Shown here piece by piece: positions 50,666 through 64,000 of a DNA stretch of 64,000 bases (its first letter is position 1; every line of letters starts with the position of its first letter). Below the pieces are notes generated by a model that was not told where the DNA came from, searched no databases, and worked only from the letters and a program-made list of their open reading frames with translations. The position numbers and the translations under genes are program-made. Source of the DNA: Trichoplax adhaerens (taxonomy: Eukaryota; Animalia; Placozoa); contig NW_002060946.1 of the NCBI RefSeq assembly GCF_000150275.1, positions 5,866,597 through 5,930,596 of the forward strand, written 5' to 3'.

Positions 50666-53600
50666 CATATCGTCGCATAATTAATCAAGAGAATTGTAAA
50701 GGAATATTTGATTATATTTTTATACAAGTTACACATACATTTTCATGAGTTGAATAACACAGTCAAATACTCCTAAGCAATATTTACTCAGGAGCTAAAA
50801 CTATTGTAGTGAATGGATTTTTTAAGCCTTTTCCATCATACCAGCAATCATCTATAATTGCCGTACTCTATTAAACATAACAGACTAATCTAGATCATAC
50901 ACTACTTACTTCATATTGCTGTAGAACTATCAACGCGCATTATTTGAGTAGTTGCAGAAATATTTACAATCACATGGATAGACTACTTAACAACACAGCT
51001 TTATAGGGATTATAAGCTGCAATCTTTTACGTATACTGAAAGAATAATACAAGTACACTATTTTGTCATGCCAGGTTTCATCTAAAGTTGCTTTATTAAG
51101 CAGAACTGCTATTTCACGCCAGGTAGTGCTTTACGTCACATTATCATGACAATTTTAAAACGAAACTTGCGAACGAACTTGAATTTTGCTGAAAGTACTT
51201 CATAATTAAAAATCAGCCAATGATTCCTCTTCATATTATTGATTATCCGTAAGCAAAATTAATATCTTGATTCATTTTGCTTAAATTTCAGTTTCATTTG
51301 CTAAACATATCTTCATGTAATTAATTATGTAAGCACAAAATAAAGTAAACTTGTTACGGTACTAAGGCTATTCGATGCTGCTTTTATGACATCCGTGACT
51401 TAGAGATAATTAAGTCGGATTACTTATAGTTGCCTTGCTCAAGCGCCGGTTCATTGGCTGAATAACATTTAAAACAACTAATCATTAATGGCATACTGTA
51501 GGATTTGTACATCTTATAATGAAGTAAGGAGTAGAATCTATTCATACTATAGCATCGCATCTTTGATTTATGAATTAGGCCAGATTAGTAAGTTTTGGGT
51601 TCATATTAATGAGCTTGCAGAATCAAAAATTATTGACCCCAATGTTTAATTCCCTCCTTAAAATAAAGAGGTTAACGTTATAATACATTTTGTGGTACTG
51701 CATAGGCCAAAAATAGTCGAGTAATAAAACTTCTACTACCAAACCTAATGCAACGATGTAAATTTTAGCGCTTTTCAGTAAAATATTCGAATGTAAGGAA
51801 AAAAATAAGAAACCAATGCATGTTTCAAAAGTTTCGCCTTCATCTAACAAATTATAGCACGTTACCGATCGACTTCATTTCTTTCCCAATTTACCATTGC
51901 ATTCGCACACGCAAGCAGCACGATATAGTAAATGGTATATAAGGCAAATCCATTCTTAATTTGATGTAAAATCTTTGCGCTTAATTAAACTATTACAGTA
52001 TTGCGCTACGCTTAGTTTTGAATTATAATAGAGTAATATTGACAAGAAAATGTACTTGTAACGATACAATTTTCAAATTATGTGTCTTAGCCATGTATTA
52101 GGTATACATATCCGTAAGGCCTCCTGGAAATTATCTCTAATCTCACAAATATCACAATGATTTACGCAACTTAAATCAAATCTTAAACACAAGATTTGAG
52201 AAATACTTTCGGTTTCTAATCAGTGTTTTTACATTTATATTAACTCCCGTCGTTAGTACAGGATATTTGTTCCTGCAGACCTGGGATGTATGTATATTGA
52301 AGTTTAATCATATTGTAACAATGCTTAAAACTATATCTTTCAAGACTCTTCTGAATCTAGTATAGTTCCGTTAATTAAGCGTTATTAATATGTAATATAA
52401 TTAATTTCCTCTTCAATATTCCGAGACCGGCTTTTCTATCCATTTAAATTACTTAAAATATTAGACACAAATGATACGATCCAATAATCTAAACTCGATG
52501 GTAATAGATAACTAATGGGCTATTACATGTTGCCACAGCGATAATTATTTCAGCTGTGGTATTTCAACTGCATTTGTGCAAATTATTAAATAGTCTAAAC
52601 ATTGTTAAACTAGTAAACTTATATTTTTACCAAAACATAAACATTGACATTTTAATTAATTTTCTAGCTTAGTCAGTTGTCATCTTCATGACTATAGGTA
52701 TAGAGAGCTTCAATAAAATAGTGTTCCACTGTAAGCCCTTATTATCTGTATTAAGCTCATTGAGAAATAAATATTCTAATCTATCATTCATGGGCGTTAG
52801 CATCGTAATCAATACACATAAAAGTGAGTCTGCAAGTAAATAAATCGAATAGAATTCACGTTAGGCTGAATATAAATGATTCACGCTCTCCTAACATCCG
52901 TTGATATACGTACAATAACACCGATAGGAAACCGAATAAATATTAGCGAACCATGCAGGTAGAATAAATTGCTGTTTTGTGTCAATTTCTACTCTTAAAT
53001 AGGTTATTCATCAAAATTTATATATTTACTGACTAATTAAACAGATCTAAGTAAAGTAACTCCATATCTTAGAATTAGTAATTTCGTCATCATTTCCTGA
53101 TCTCTGTATATAGCAATTACTAATATTGAGCGCACTATCTAAATTACTCACTAAGAAATTAAGAATAGATAAAAGTAACATATTCCCATAAAATGATTTA
53201 GTATGCGTATTAAAAAGTTTAATTTTTTCTTGGAATTACTTATCCCCATAATTTATATATTGCGTAAAGTCATATAAAGGAGTAGATGTTCATTAATAAA
53301 TACAAAATGGCATATTAAATTATCTGGAGATAATCTGAAGTCCCTACGGCAAGCCTACATGTGCTTAACTTGCATTAAGATCGTGGATAAAATTTCATCA
53401 GCAATTTCCTAAGAAACCATTAATTCGTAATCGAGTTTTTAATTTAACCTCTATCTTTCTAATAATTTACTAGCATCATGCTTTTCATATTGGAAAGGTG
53501 CATGATACATATAGTTCGCTTTCGGTTGCAAGCCTACTGCCTGAAGATCTAAGAAATATTTTATTTCCGCCAACATCAATGTTAACGTTTCCCAAATTAA

Positions 53601-55861
53601 AATTTTTACTTGGCATAAATTTATAATTGTCTTGATAGGCTTTCACAGACATGAATGAAACTTCAGCCTTTATTTCTGCAGACCTTAAAGATTTATCAAT
53701 ATTTAACAGGTTGAAATTTGTTTACCCGTATTTACTGTAGCTTTTATTGCTCATAACAAACTTATTATCCAAGATCAATTTCCGTCTACAAATAAAATGG
53801 AACAGTTTAAATCTGTTCTACTGATGGAGGATAAATTCAAGAAGCAATCTTTGGTAAAATTTCCATATTAACCCAGCAACTTGGTCATATGCCTAACTCT
53901 TATTCATTGTTCAGCCTGATTATTCGAAATAATACTGTGAAAAGCGACCATTCTATATCATAATAGATTCTAATATAATTGCTTGAATCAATTATAAATA
54001 GCTCCTATCTGAAGCACGTGGCTAAGTTGCCTTGACTGTAAATATCTATTTAATCATTTATGCACCTGTTACGAAATTGAGTTTTGTATTATAATATGTG
54101 GATAAATTTGATGATGTTTACCGTAGGTAAGAATGCATAAAATTCAGTGATATCCCGCTAGATCATGAATTACTACAAATAGTGAATAATAAACTATGGT
54201 TTGTAGCAAATAAGTAAATAACGATATTACCCCATTGTGATAAAGTGATCTTCAAAACAATAAATCAAGAACTACAGTTTCTTGCAAATTTCACTTTATT
54301 ACAGAAGTTAGGTTCGTCTAACTACCAAGGACTATCTGACTATCTGACAATCTACCTATTACAGCAAAATTCACGATTTATATACGATTAGTTACACCCA
54401 TATATAAGATTGTTTTTAATAGCTAAAGTTACATAAATTTAATACTATTGCTTGCAAGATCTGAAAGCGGTTGTAGAAAATTCGTGACCTATGTAAGATC
54501 GTTGTTTAATATGAGTTTATTCTTTCTCAAGCTTCATATTCGGCTGTCAAATACAGTTGTGGCATTCTTTTTATTTAAAGTATACATGAATAAGGTAGAT
54601 TTTTTTTCAAAAGTGAAGGTCATTACAAGCATAATGCAATACGTAGTAATCTAGTAATGCCCTACAGTCTATTGTAATTTACAATAGTATGGTTTAAGAA
54701 GACAGTATAGGATAATTAATTATTACTGAATATGAGTTATCTAGATCTTGGCTTACTCTCTCGATTGAATGTATGACAAAACCATTATAAGGATAGTCTT
54801 AGTTATTTTATACTATTCTCATGATTTAAGACGTCATATACGAGTATATTGAAGTGAATTAAACCTATTTTTAGTTTTGGTAAGATTTTGGACATAATTT
54901 TCAAAAGACATTAATATTACTCTCTACCACCAGGCAACCATCTCATTTCTAGTAGTAATATTAAAATTGCAAATTCATACCTTTAAATACCATATATTTA
55001 AATTTTTATAGAATTTGTCGTACATGGAGAAACAAATTCAATTTAGGCTATAGACTGTCTAATGATAGGTAGTCCAACTTCAAAATTTTCTTCTATAAGT
55101 GTTTTGTCAGTATATCTTTAACAATTTAATGTTCAAATGCATTATTCACCAGGTATAATTCAGATAGAATAGTTTCTATTTAAGTTAGTAATTACAGTAA
55201 GAAAAATAAATAATAAATGATTATAATTACTAGTAATTGACGTCTTTACAAGTATAATGCTTACATTTTGATGTTATGACTATTACCATCCTAAATTAAG
55301 TGTGTTATGCTAGATTGAAACTATAGATTCAGTTTACAGAACTATAAAAATAGGATAATTACAGCCTGGCCTATTATAGAAAAGGATAAGAAATGTTACT
55401 ATTTTAGTACTTGCTGATTATTCATATAAAATAATATCCAAGCATGCATGATTTGTACTTGATAGACAGGATATATTTGTTGCAATAAATCTATAAAAAT
55501 TTCGAACTCGGGGTTGATTGCGCCGATATGTCCTAAATGAGTTCTAATAGACACAATAAAAAGAATTAAAGTTCGATTTGCAAAAATGTAAAATGTGTCA
55601 ACCTTTGCTCTTCCAATATGGTAATGATGCTGAGCTGTCCCATTGTGAGCTTATTAAGTATTTATAACAGCTGTTACAATAAACTTTACAAATAATTTGT
55701 ACCGTTTACGGTTGAGTTCTCTTATAAATAAATGACATTTGTTCTAATTTATAAATTCTAATATAACAATTTAACGTATGTGTTAAATAGCGTTACAGAT
55801 TATTAACAACTATAAAATTACTTTTTGAAGTCCTCAGATCTTATATTTTTTAACAACCATC

Positions 55862-56884
55862 ATGGCAACTCACCTACAGACAATCGTGACCGTCAATGCT
55901 ACCATGACTCCTATTACAGTAAAATCTGAAAACGCAGATGCAGCCTTACCTAAAGTAGTTTTTGCCATATTCGCATCATTATCAGTCTTTGGCAATACAT
56001 TGGTTTGCTGGGTATTTTTAAAAAATAGTCAATTATTACGCCTTGGATCAACTATCTTTATCTTTAGCTTAGCCATTGTAGATATCTTGACCGGAATATT
56101 AATTCTTGGCACACCGACTTATAACGGTATCCAAATACACATGGAGGGTACCTCTGCAGCACTTTATTGCTCTCTCGTCCATTCTGAATATTTTATCTGG
56201 ACTTTTGGTATTGCATCTTGTTATATTATTGCTGCTTTAAGTGTTGAACGATTGTGCATGGTCAGTGCTGCAGTCAAGTACAAACGTATTTTTACTCCGA
56301 ATAAAACGATCATCTACATTATCTTGATTAATATTTGGGCTGCTATCTTAAATGCGCCAAATCTCTATCAATATTATTATAATTCAAATGCAACCAACCT
56401 AGAAGAACAATGTGGATTCCGAGCTTTATCTGATGTTGAAGCTGTTAATAGTGCAATTTACTTCACTAGTTTTGTTATACGTTTTGCCCTTCCCCTAGTT
56501 GTCATGATTTTTTGTTACACTGCATTCATGCGCAAAATAAGAACTACAATAACTGGTGTATCTAATGCTACTGATATTCATACTAATAAACGCAATCGTT
56601 TAATGCTTCGACGATTAACGCGAATGTCTGTTGTAATTTCTATTGCATTCTGTATTTGTTGGTTACCTAATCAAATATATTTCGCTTTAATTGCTCAACA
56701 TTTAATTACTTATGACATAACTATCCATATGTTCACGAAAACCCTCGTATCCATGAACTCTGCCATTAATCCAGTAATCTATGCTGCCACAAATGTCTAT
56801 TTCTACAACGAACTAGCAGCTCTCATAAAGTACATTTTCTGTTGCAAGCGTCCACAGCGACAAAAATTATTTGTATCGGTTTAA
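55862..56884 (+). CDS. Intronless rhodopsin-class (class A) GPCR, 340 aa, orphan
   Basis: Seven hydrophobic segments with GN (TM1), SLAIVD (TM2), Cys at the top of TM3, SVERL (DRY variant), W in TM4, CWLP (TM6), NSAINPVIY (TM7) and a C-terminal CC. Confidence 0.95.
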   Translation: MATHLQTIVTVNATMTPITVKSENADAALPKVVFAIFASLSVFGNTLVCWVFLKNSQLLRLGSTIFIFSLAIVDILTGILILGTPTYNGIQIHMEGTSAALYCSLVHSEYFIWTFGIASCYIIAALSVERLCMVSAAVKYKRIFTPNKTIIYIILINIWAAILNAPNLYQYYYNSNATNLEEQCGFRALSDVEAVNSAIYFTSFVIRFALPLVVMIFCYTAFMRKIRTTITGVSNATDIHTNKRNRLMLRRLTRMSVVISIAFCICWLPNQIYFALIAQHLITYDITIHMFTKTLVSMNSAINPVIYAATNVYFYNELAALIKYIFCCKRPQRQKLFVSV

Positions 56885-56947
56885 TAGAAAAGAGCCTTGA
56901 ATGTAACTGTCAACTTTACAGTGCAAAGGTGTTTAATTAAACAGATT

Positions 56948-57183
56948 TTTTTTATTTTACATTCTGTTACAACCTAAATATATGCCGGTATTACTCGTAA
57001 ATGATGCTATCAGCTCTGCCGCCGTAGTTATGGCAATAAGCATATAGTTCAACTGGCATTTAAAAAGAATTTTATTATTTTGCATTCTGTTTTAAGCTAA
57101 ATATATACCGTTATAACTCATAAATGATGTTAGCAGGTCTACCATTATAGTTACGTCTATAAGTATATAGCACAACTATTCAT
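56948..57183. repeat. Degenerate ~120-bp tandem duplication just downstream of the class A GPCR stop codon
   Basis: ttattttacattctgttacaacctaaatatatgccggtattactcgtaaatgatgctatcagctctgcc...ataagcatatagttcaact aligns with ttattttgcattctgttttaagctaaatatataccgttataactcataaatgatgttagcaggtctacc...ataagtatatagcacaact. Confidence 0.85.
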
Positions 57184-60100
57184 CCTATTTTATAGAAGAC
57201 CATTACTTAATACTAGAATTTATTATGGAAGCAAAATTTCATACATATATTGATTTATTTCAGAATGCTATTTAGATAGCTCTAAACTAATATTGTGATA
57301 TAACATATAACCTATTCAAATCGTCGTAAATTGATTATCCAATGCAGATTTTGTATGTAAAAATATGGTTCTATCTTGATCACGATATATTATAGAAATA
57401 CTCGTACATCCCTAAAATGAAGTATATTATTGGCTTATTAATTATAAACGTTAGAAGATTTCTTTCTTTCCGATTCGAATCAGAATTATTAACGAAATTC
57501 ATAGCATTTGAAACTTATGATTTCAACTAAATTTTATGCTTGTTAAAGTACTTCCAAAGTATTATATAATTGGAAGTAATTATATCTTATTATAGCCGAA
57601 ATAGATTGCATATTTAATATTTTGGCCTTCAGAAACTCATTTTCTGTACTTCTTACAAACGTTCTCTTATTAGGATTAAATCTATCGATCTATTCTCATA
57701 AATAACGCTCTAATATCATCTATTGTCAATATTAAATTGAAATATAGAGGGTGTTGCAATACCGTATTATTTTTCATCATGGTGTTTAGTCCGTTAAATC
57801 AACTATTTCATCAATGTATGCATCTTTTATTATCAAACTAACCACTTTTATTACGCTAGTTCAAGTTCAAGTTAAAATTATATGAATCTTTATTCAATCC
57901 CTCACTTCTCTTAATTCCTAACTTATGTTTCTAATATTAGATAATTCGTTAAAATATGAATAAACTCATTAGTAGCATAAAACAAGTTTTAGGTTCTTTA
58001 ATAATGATTATGATGCAAAATATAGAGATTTTTCCTCTCATTTATCTACCTTATATCGTACAGATAGATTTTGATCAACGAATTAACCTAATGTACGCCA
58101 TCAGTAGTAGGTGCATCTAAAGTCATTAGACTATTCAATCCTAGAAGTGATGTCTGTTCTATTTACACATATTTACGCGTACATATATATAGTAAAAGTA
58201 AAATTGAGAAATTTTTGATGAATAAATCCCGATACTCACAAGTTTATAGCTATTCTAGACCGGCTACTGTATTAAAATACCAGCATATCGATCCTTTCAA
58301 TAAGCTTAGCATGTCAATGCTTAAATTCCATTCAATTTAAAAAGGAAGCCTCAAAGTGGCTTTACAACTAATGGTTATAATTATGTATTGACCTATAATA
58401 ATGCAACTGATTTACCGAGATATGTTTTTGTATTCTATTCTGCTAAAGATTACTTGAAATTTTATGATGTAGGATTTCCGTGCTAGATTTATAATTATTT
58501 CTATATAATTGCTATTGCCAATGAATTATAAATATTCTCTTATCTGCTTATTGATCTAATATTCTGATTCCCGTGTCTTCGTATAGGCAGTTCTCTTAAT
58601 TTAATAAATTACATAACTTATAATCCGCAGGTCAAATATATGTGTATATGGCGTTAATGAAATTAAAAGGTATATTAACCTGGTCTTCGTTATGGTTATT
58701 GTTCTAATTCTATTCAATTTTCAATATCAAAACGTTATGGTTATTATTCTAGTATCAAAACTATCCTGGTACGAATTGTAACCATAGATAGCAGAATTTA
58801 ATTAATTGAGCTATTTACAAATGACATACAAGCATTGACTTGTCTATCCTAATGAATATCTTGGTTACCGTTATCGCAAATAATTTATCATAATGGATAT
58901 GAATAATTAAATATTCCAGACCTTAATAATATTATTTTTCTATTTATTAATAGATTAATTACTTGTGGAACAGTAGAATAGAAGTTACGGGCGATGAATT
59001 ACTTGCTAGCTATAATCATATAATTTTAAATTCTGAATTAAAAACAAGATTTCTAAAAAAATTAGGCTAGTTATTATCATCTTATTGATATTTAATTAAA
59101 AGAACACAGCTACCATAGTTACGGCAAGAAATTCAATTAGACACAAATTTTAAGGAAAACCTGCCTTATGTTGACTTAAAATTTCATAAGCAATAATAAA
59201 TTTTAATACTTATAAGCCCAGTAGTTAACGTTACGGGAAATGTATTAAGCAGTCACAATTGATAGCTACTCGCTATTTATTCTTAAACCAGGATAATTTT
59301 GCCATTTCCCGATGGTGATTAACTACAGTGCTATTTATGAATCGGAGCTATTTCATTTCCTTTATTATTTATAATTTAAAATGCGTTATTCATCCACAGC
59401 ATCTAGCTTTATACAATTCCTAGACTGGTCTCCCTCGGTAATAACTAAAATATAGCGGTATAAACGAAACCCTAAGCTCTTCATCAGATATTTCGAGGAC
59501 CATTAAAATTTTACTAAATCATAGAATTCTCTTGCTTTTTTAAGATAACCCACAAAAATATCAATTCATTATAGCATTTCCACAAAAATGTATTATTATC
59601 CCTTATAATAAGTAACAACATCATAGATAGGTAATCTGTTCCTGTAACATCGCCGTGTAGTTTTATTACGCTTTTATACACACCAAACATTCTCTATTAA
59701 TTAACGATCCAATCATAAGAACCGCCAGCATCCTAGATTCTAAAACATATTTAAAATTTTTATTCCGATGGATCCTTATCCCAAGTCAGCATTTCCTTTG
59801 ATTATTAATATAATATATATCAACTGATGTTAATTTAAAAATATCTAGGAGCTAAAGAAATATTCAAGTTATGACGTAACCGATGTGCCTATGCATAATT
59901 AGTACCATAAATTATTAACCAAAATGTCTAATTAAGGTATATGGAGAAAATTTCTGTGTATCGATTCGCCTATTAGAAATTGCATTCTTATTCGTTATTC
60001 GTTCTAACTGTCGCTAGTAAAAAGTCATCAAACAAATATGATAATTTGAATGTTTAAGAAAACTCAATTTTATATGTTACAATTGCGCTATTTGTAAGCT

Positions 60101-63100
60101 GCATTTTTATTCATAATGTTATTAGAAATGATAATTTTGAAAACTCTTTTCTGTTTACTAGTAAAATTGCTGACGCCTATAACCTTTAACCCCAAATTCT
60201 ATGCCTAGCTGCATCCTAACTCTAACTACAACCTAGACTTAATTCGTGTATTTGTAGATACTAAAACAACATTCCTAGTCTGCTAGATATTTTTCTATGT
60301 ATAAAACTTTAATTTACTCTTAGTAGCAAAGCTCAATTTAGAGATTTGTAAAAGATAATGCCTACACTAACTACATTTATATTTGATATTAAAATTGTTA
60401 GTTTTATTTCTTAGTCAAGCAAGATTACAGTGATCTTAAGACTAATATGTAAAAGGCCTTCAGGTATATTGCATGCGGATCTATAAAGCTATGCGACCGA
60501 TACATAAATTATAGTATACATCATCAGTGCAATTCGGCTATTATGATTCATCGATTTAGTAAGCTATCGTATAAGCAAAGTGACATTTGAATCACTGATC
60601 AAACAAACTTTTTCTCATTCATTTAATATTTAGTTATACGCATACTTTACTTTATGCCTTAAAATTCTGATGCGATGCGCTAATATCATCGATAATGCAG
60701 CATTAAATCAACAACACAATAACACTTAGGATATTGAAATTAAAGATTTTCAAGACTGATACTACTCTTTCGAAATCTCTCAGTCTATGAATTTAATATC
60801 TTAGAGGTTTCTCGTCCAATCTTATGGTATTTTTATCGATCTCATAACTCCACCTGATTTAGGTCAAAATAGAGCATAGAAATTTTGTTAGACTTATTCA
60901 AAGGTGATACTTTCTAATATATATAAAATTATTGTCGTAAATAAAGCAGTACCGTCAGATAAGTATGGGTTAATCTGACCCATGAGCTTTTTACAGCCTG
61001 ATTACTTACAGAACAGTCACTGGTAATTAATACGCATCGACGTAATGTACAATGCATAATTCTATCATACCCTACAATTAATCATAACCAAATTCAACTC
61101 GAAATTATGTGCGAAAACCCTACTAAATTATTTCAAGAACTTTACATCTTCGTATTACGAGCATAAATTTTTGTTTTATTTCTTGCAATTGATAAAGAAG
61201 CTTCCATATTCAGTGCTAATAGGACTGTAGAATCTTATGCAGTACATGATCACGCTATTATTAATCTCAGGCTAAAATTTCAAGTCTAAGGAATCATTTA
61301 GAAAAATGCCCGTTATGAAATTATTACAAATATTATAAATCATAAAACACTACCGGTAAATAGAATATTCTCGCTATTCGATTTAATAGTACATTTGAAT
61401 TGTCATAATAACTTCTAGGAATATGCGAATTAAAGCTATAATCAAATCGAAAGAAAAATAGTATTAATATATTAATATGGTTTTGTGACGTAAATGTTTC
61501 AACTTTACTAGTAAAATTTAGTATAAATCAGAATACTCACTATGGTATTAATCCTCGAACAATTTAAGCAGAGGAAAAATCATATGGGCTAAGTTTATTA
61601 CAACGATACATTTGAGTTAAGTTTTTCGCTAAAAATAAATTCAATGATACATTAATTACTGTAGATTATAGCCCGTGTCGTCATTTGAACTGTGTATGAT
61701 GCTGTCTATATCAACATGATGACAACAGACTCGGATTAACCACAACAGCAGTTTTAGGTAGAATGCGTACATTATCTAACTACCAAGAAATAAAGAGATG
61801 TTCCGTTGTTGGCAATTTTGCTTCCCATCAATGGTTTTTTATCCACTACGATACCACAGCACCATTATACAAAATGATTCAATAATCTATTGATTGCTAA
61901 ATTATGCAAAACGTTAGACAGTAATATGATTAGATATATAAGTAGACAATCAAATTTAACCTTCTAATTTGATAATCGTGCTCTGTTGTTTAGATTGAAT
62001 ACGATAACTATATATAATGAATGACTATACTAATGCCCGAAATTTGAAAAGCAATTGAAGTGATGATATCATATAGTCATAAAGTACATGAGGATAAGTT
62101 ATAACGTGCGTTAGAATGCATTAAACAGACAAAAACCCTATTTTACTTACAGTTAACATATAGAACACGATGAAACTTAAGAATTAATAAGTTTTCGGGA
62201 CATCTAAGCTATAATCTTATGCTCCTATAATTCGCCGGCCTTGTTTTGTACAAGTCTGCTATGTACTCCGCTAACTGTTATATGCATGGAAACACAAGTA
62301 ACCACAAATAAACTAGCATCATTAAATAAGTGGCCAGCAGAATCTATAGTAGATTGATATATAATTAATTATTCGGAATTGAATTCGTCTCTCTGTCTTG
62401 AAATGACGTCAATATCACAATAGGTATAAGAGCTTGTACAAGTAGTGAGCAGTTAGTACGAAATAGTAAATAATTCTTTTTAATCTATTGAATTTTCAAG
62501 TATGGAATCGAACTTATACTTACACAATAGAATTAAAAATTACGTATACTCTTATAGCAACATGAAGTGAGTTTTAAACGTTTAAATCATATCCACATCA
62601 ACTTTTTATATCAAAATCTAAAATTTATGAAATCCTGTTGGCTAACGCTATCTTCCCAAAGTCATACACTATTGTCGATAAATATCTTATGTTCCAAAAT
62701 TTAAAATTACTAAGTTGCAATATAATGTTGCATTTATTGTTATCGACTCGGTTATACTAGTATCAAACAATATTGATAGTACAATTACGAGAATCAGCCT
62801 AAAAATTAGCTTAAATTTTGCTACTTTGCGCATGATTTAAAATAAGAATGATCAGTTTATAAACAACTGAAATACCAGTAAGTAATTTTGTTACGCGAAT
62901 CAATTTATATTTATGATGATTTCTTGCCAATTGTCACAAAACAGCTTTACAACAAGATAACGTAAGGTAAGATCAATAAGTCAATTCCTTGAACCTCGTA
63001 TCAAGGAACGATATCTGCACTATCATGAACACGTTTGCTCTACTAGCAGACTACACAAAGACTTAGACGCCTCGTATTTTACGTTAAACACTAAGTTTGA

Positions 63101-64000
63101 GAATTAATTTTATTACACGATATACTGCATTTATATACTCTTCCTCAATAGTTCGTTAGTCATAATTTGTACGATTAACTTAGGAATCATTCACTGAATT
63201 AGACATTAATTTTAGCTACTACTCCCTAATACAGACAACAGTATTTACGAACATAGTCATCTGATCACTAATACAGAATAGTCAGATTACGATATATCCT
63301 ACCACGGAACATTTCCACGATAATTTACAATCTACCATAACATAGATATTTCTACTCTAATACAGTACAGCATGTAACACTGTCACACCAATATAAAAAC
63401 AAGTTTTCATGCAATGAAATATTCTTGGTACAAATTTACAAGAAGCAATCTCTAGATACCATCTATCGATCTCTAAGTTAGAAATGTACTTAACATAAAT
63501 AACAACTTTATTCAACAACTACCGATATTGTTTAGGTAGGTGGCCATAAAAATTAAGGTACTTTTTTAGATTCTTCGATTCTCCCATGTTAATACTATCA
63601 AGATGGGAGTGAATCTTCATTTTAATGGAAAATAGCTAAACTTACTAATTAGCTAATTGTATTATATTAATTAATGGCCTGATCATATTTTACTTATAAA
63701 ATCTATCTTTAATGACCGCATAATAGACTCCTGCTAGTACTATATGGTCGCCTACGAAAGCCAAAATTACTGTAATTAGCTGAGATCCTTACACTATCAT
63801 TAAAGCAAATATTGTTATCGAAGAATGTCATAAAATCTCTTAGAGACAAAGTTGGTGCTGATCTGAATACAATTATTGTATCTTTGTCAAAATTTTTTAC
63901 ATATTATGTACATACGTTTATTTGCATCCAAAAGATAATACAGTACCAAACATATGGGATCTATTATCACATTTACTCACATAAGCTTCCTCCAACTCTA

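Noticed and set aside
50282-50736. Three poly-X ORFs
   Set aside because: Artefacts of the N-gap.
57200-64000. About 7 kb with no ORF
   Set aside because: AT-rich with no exons or structured repeats I could support; treated as intergenic or intronic.

Overview
AT-rich eukaryotic genomic DNA with many short GT-AG introns and one N-gap (50342-50665). The gene content and intron style suggest an early-branching animal, most likely a placozoan such as Trichoplax; this is inference only. From left to right the window holds: (1) the 3' part of a multi-exon Irc3-like SF2 helicase (+); (2) an intronless 781-aa ORF (+) whose C-terminal third carries a complete Zn-dependent deaminase signature of the OTT_1508-like type (HAE...IGxS..SCxxC...GxH..Y.W..P); (3) a 3-exon NOP10 gene (-) that the ORF track missed, with (TACTG)n arrays upstream; (4) a ~37 kb tandem array of three paralogous ~21-exon class-B/adhesion-type 7TM receptor genes (-); and (5) an intronless rhodopsin-class GPCR (+). 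By manual exon assembly, the three receptors have an ectodomain built from two copies of an [HRM-like + helical] module and no GPS autoproteolysis motif. The best candidates for new biology are the toxin-type deaminase and the GPS-less double-HRM receptor family. No tRNA, rRNA, CRISPR or transposase was recognised. All gene models were assembled by eye, so exon boundaries may be off by a few bases.
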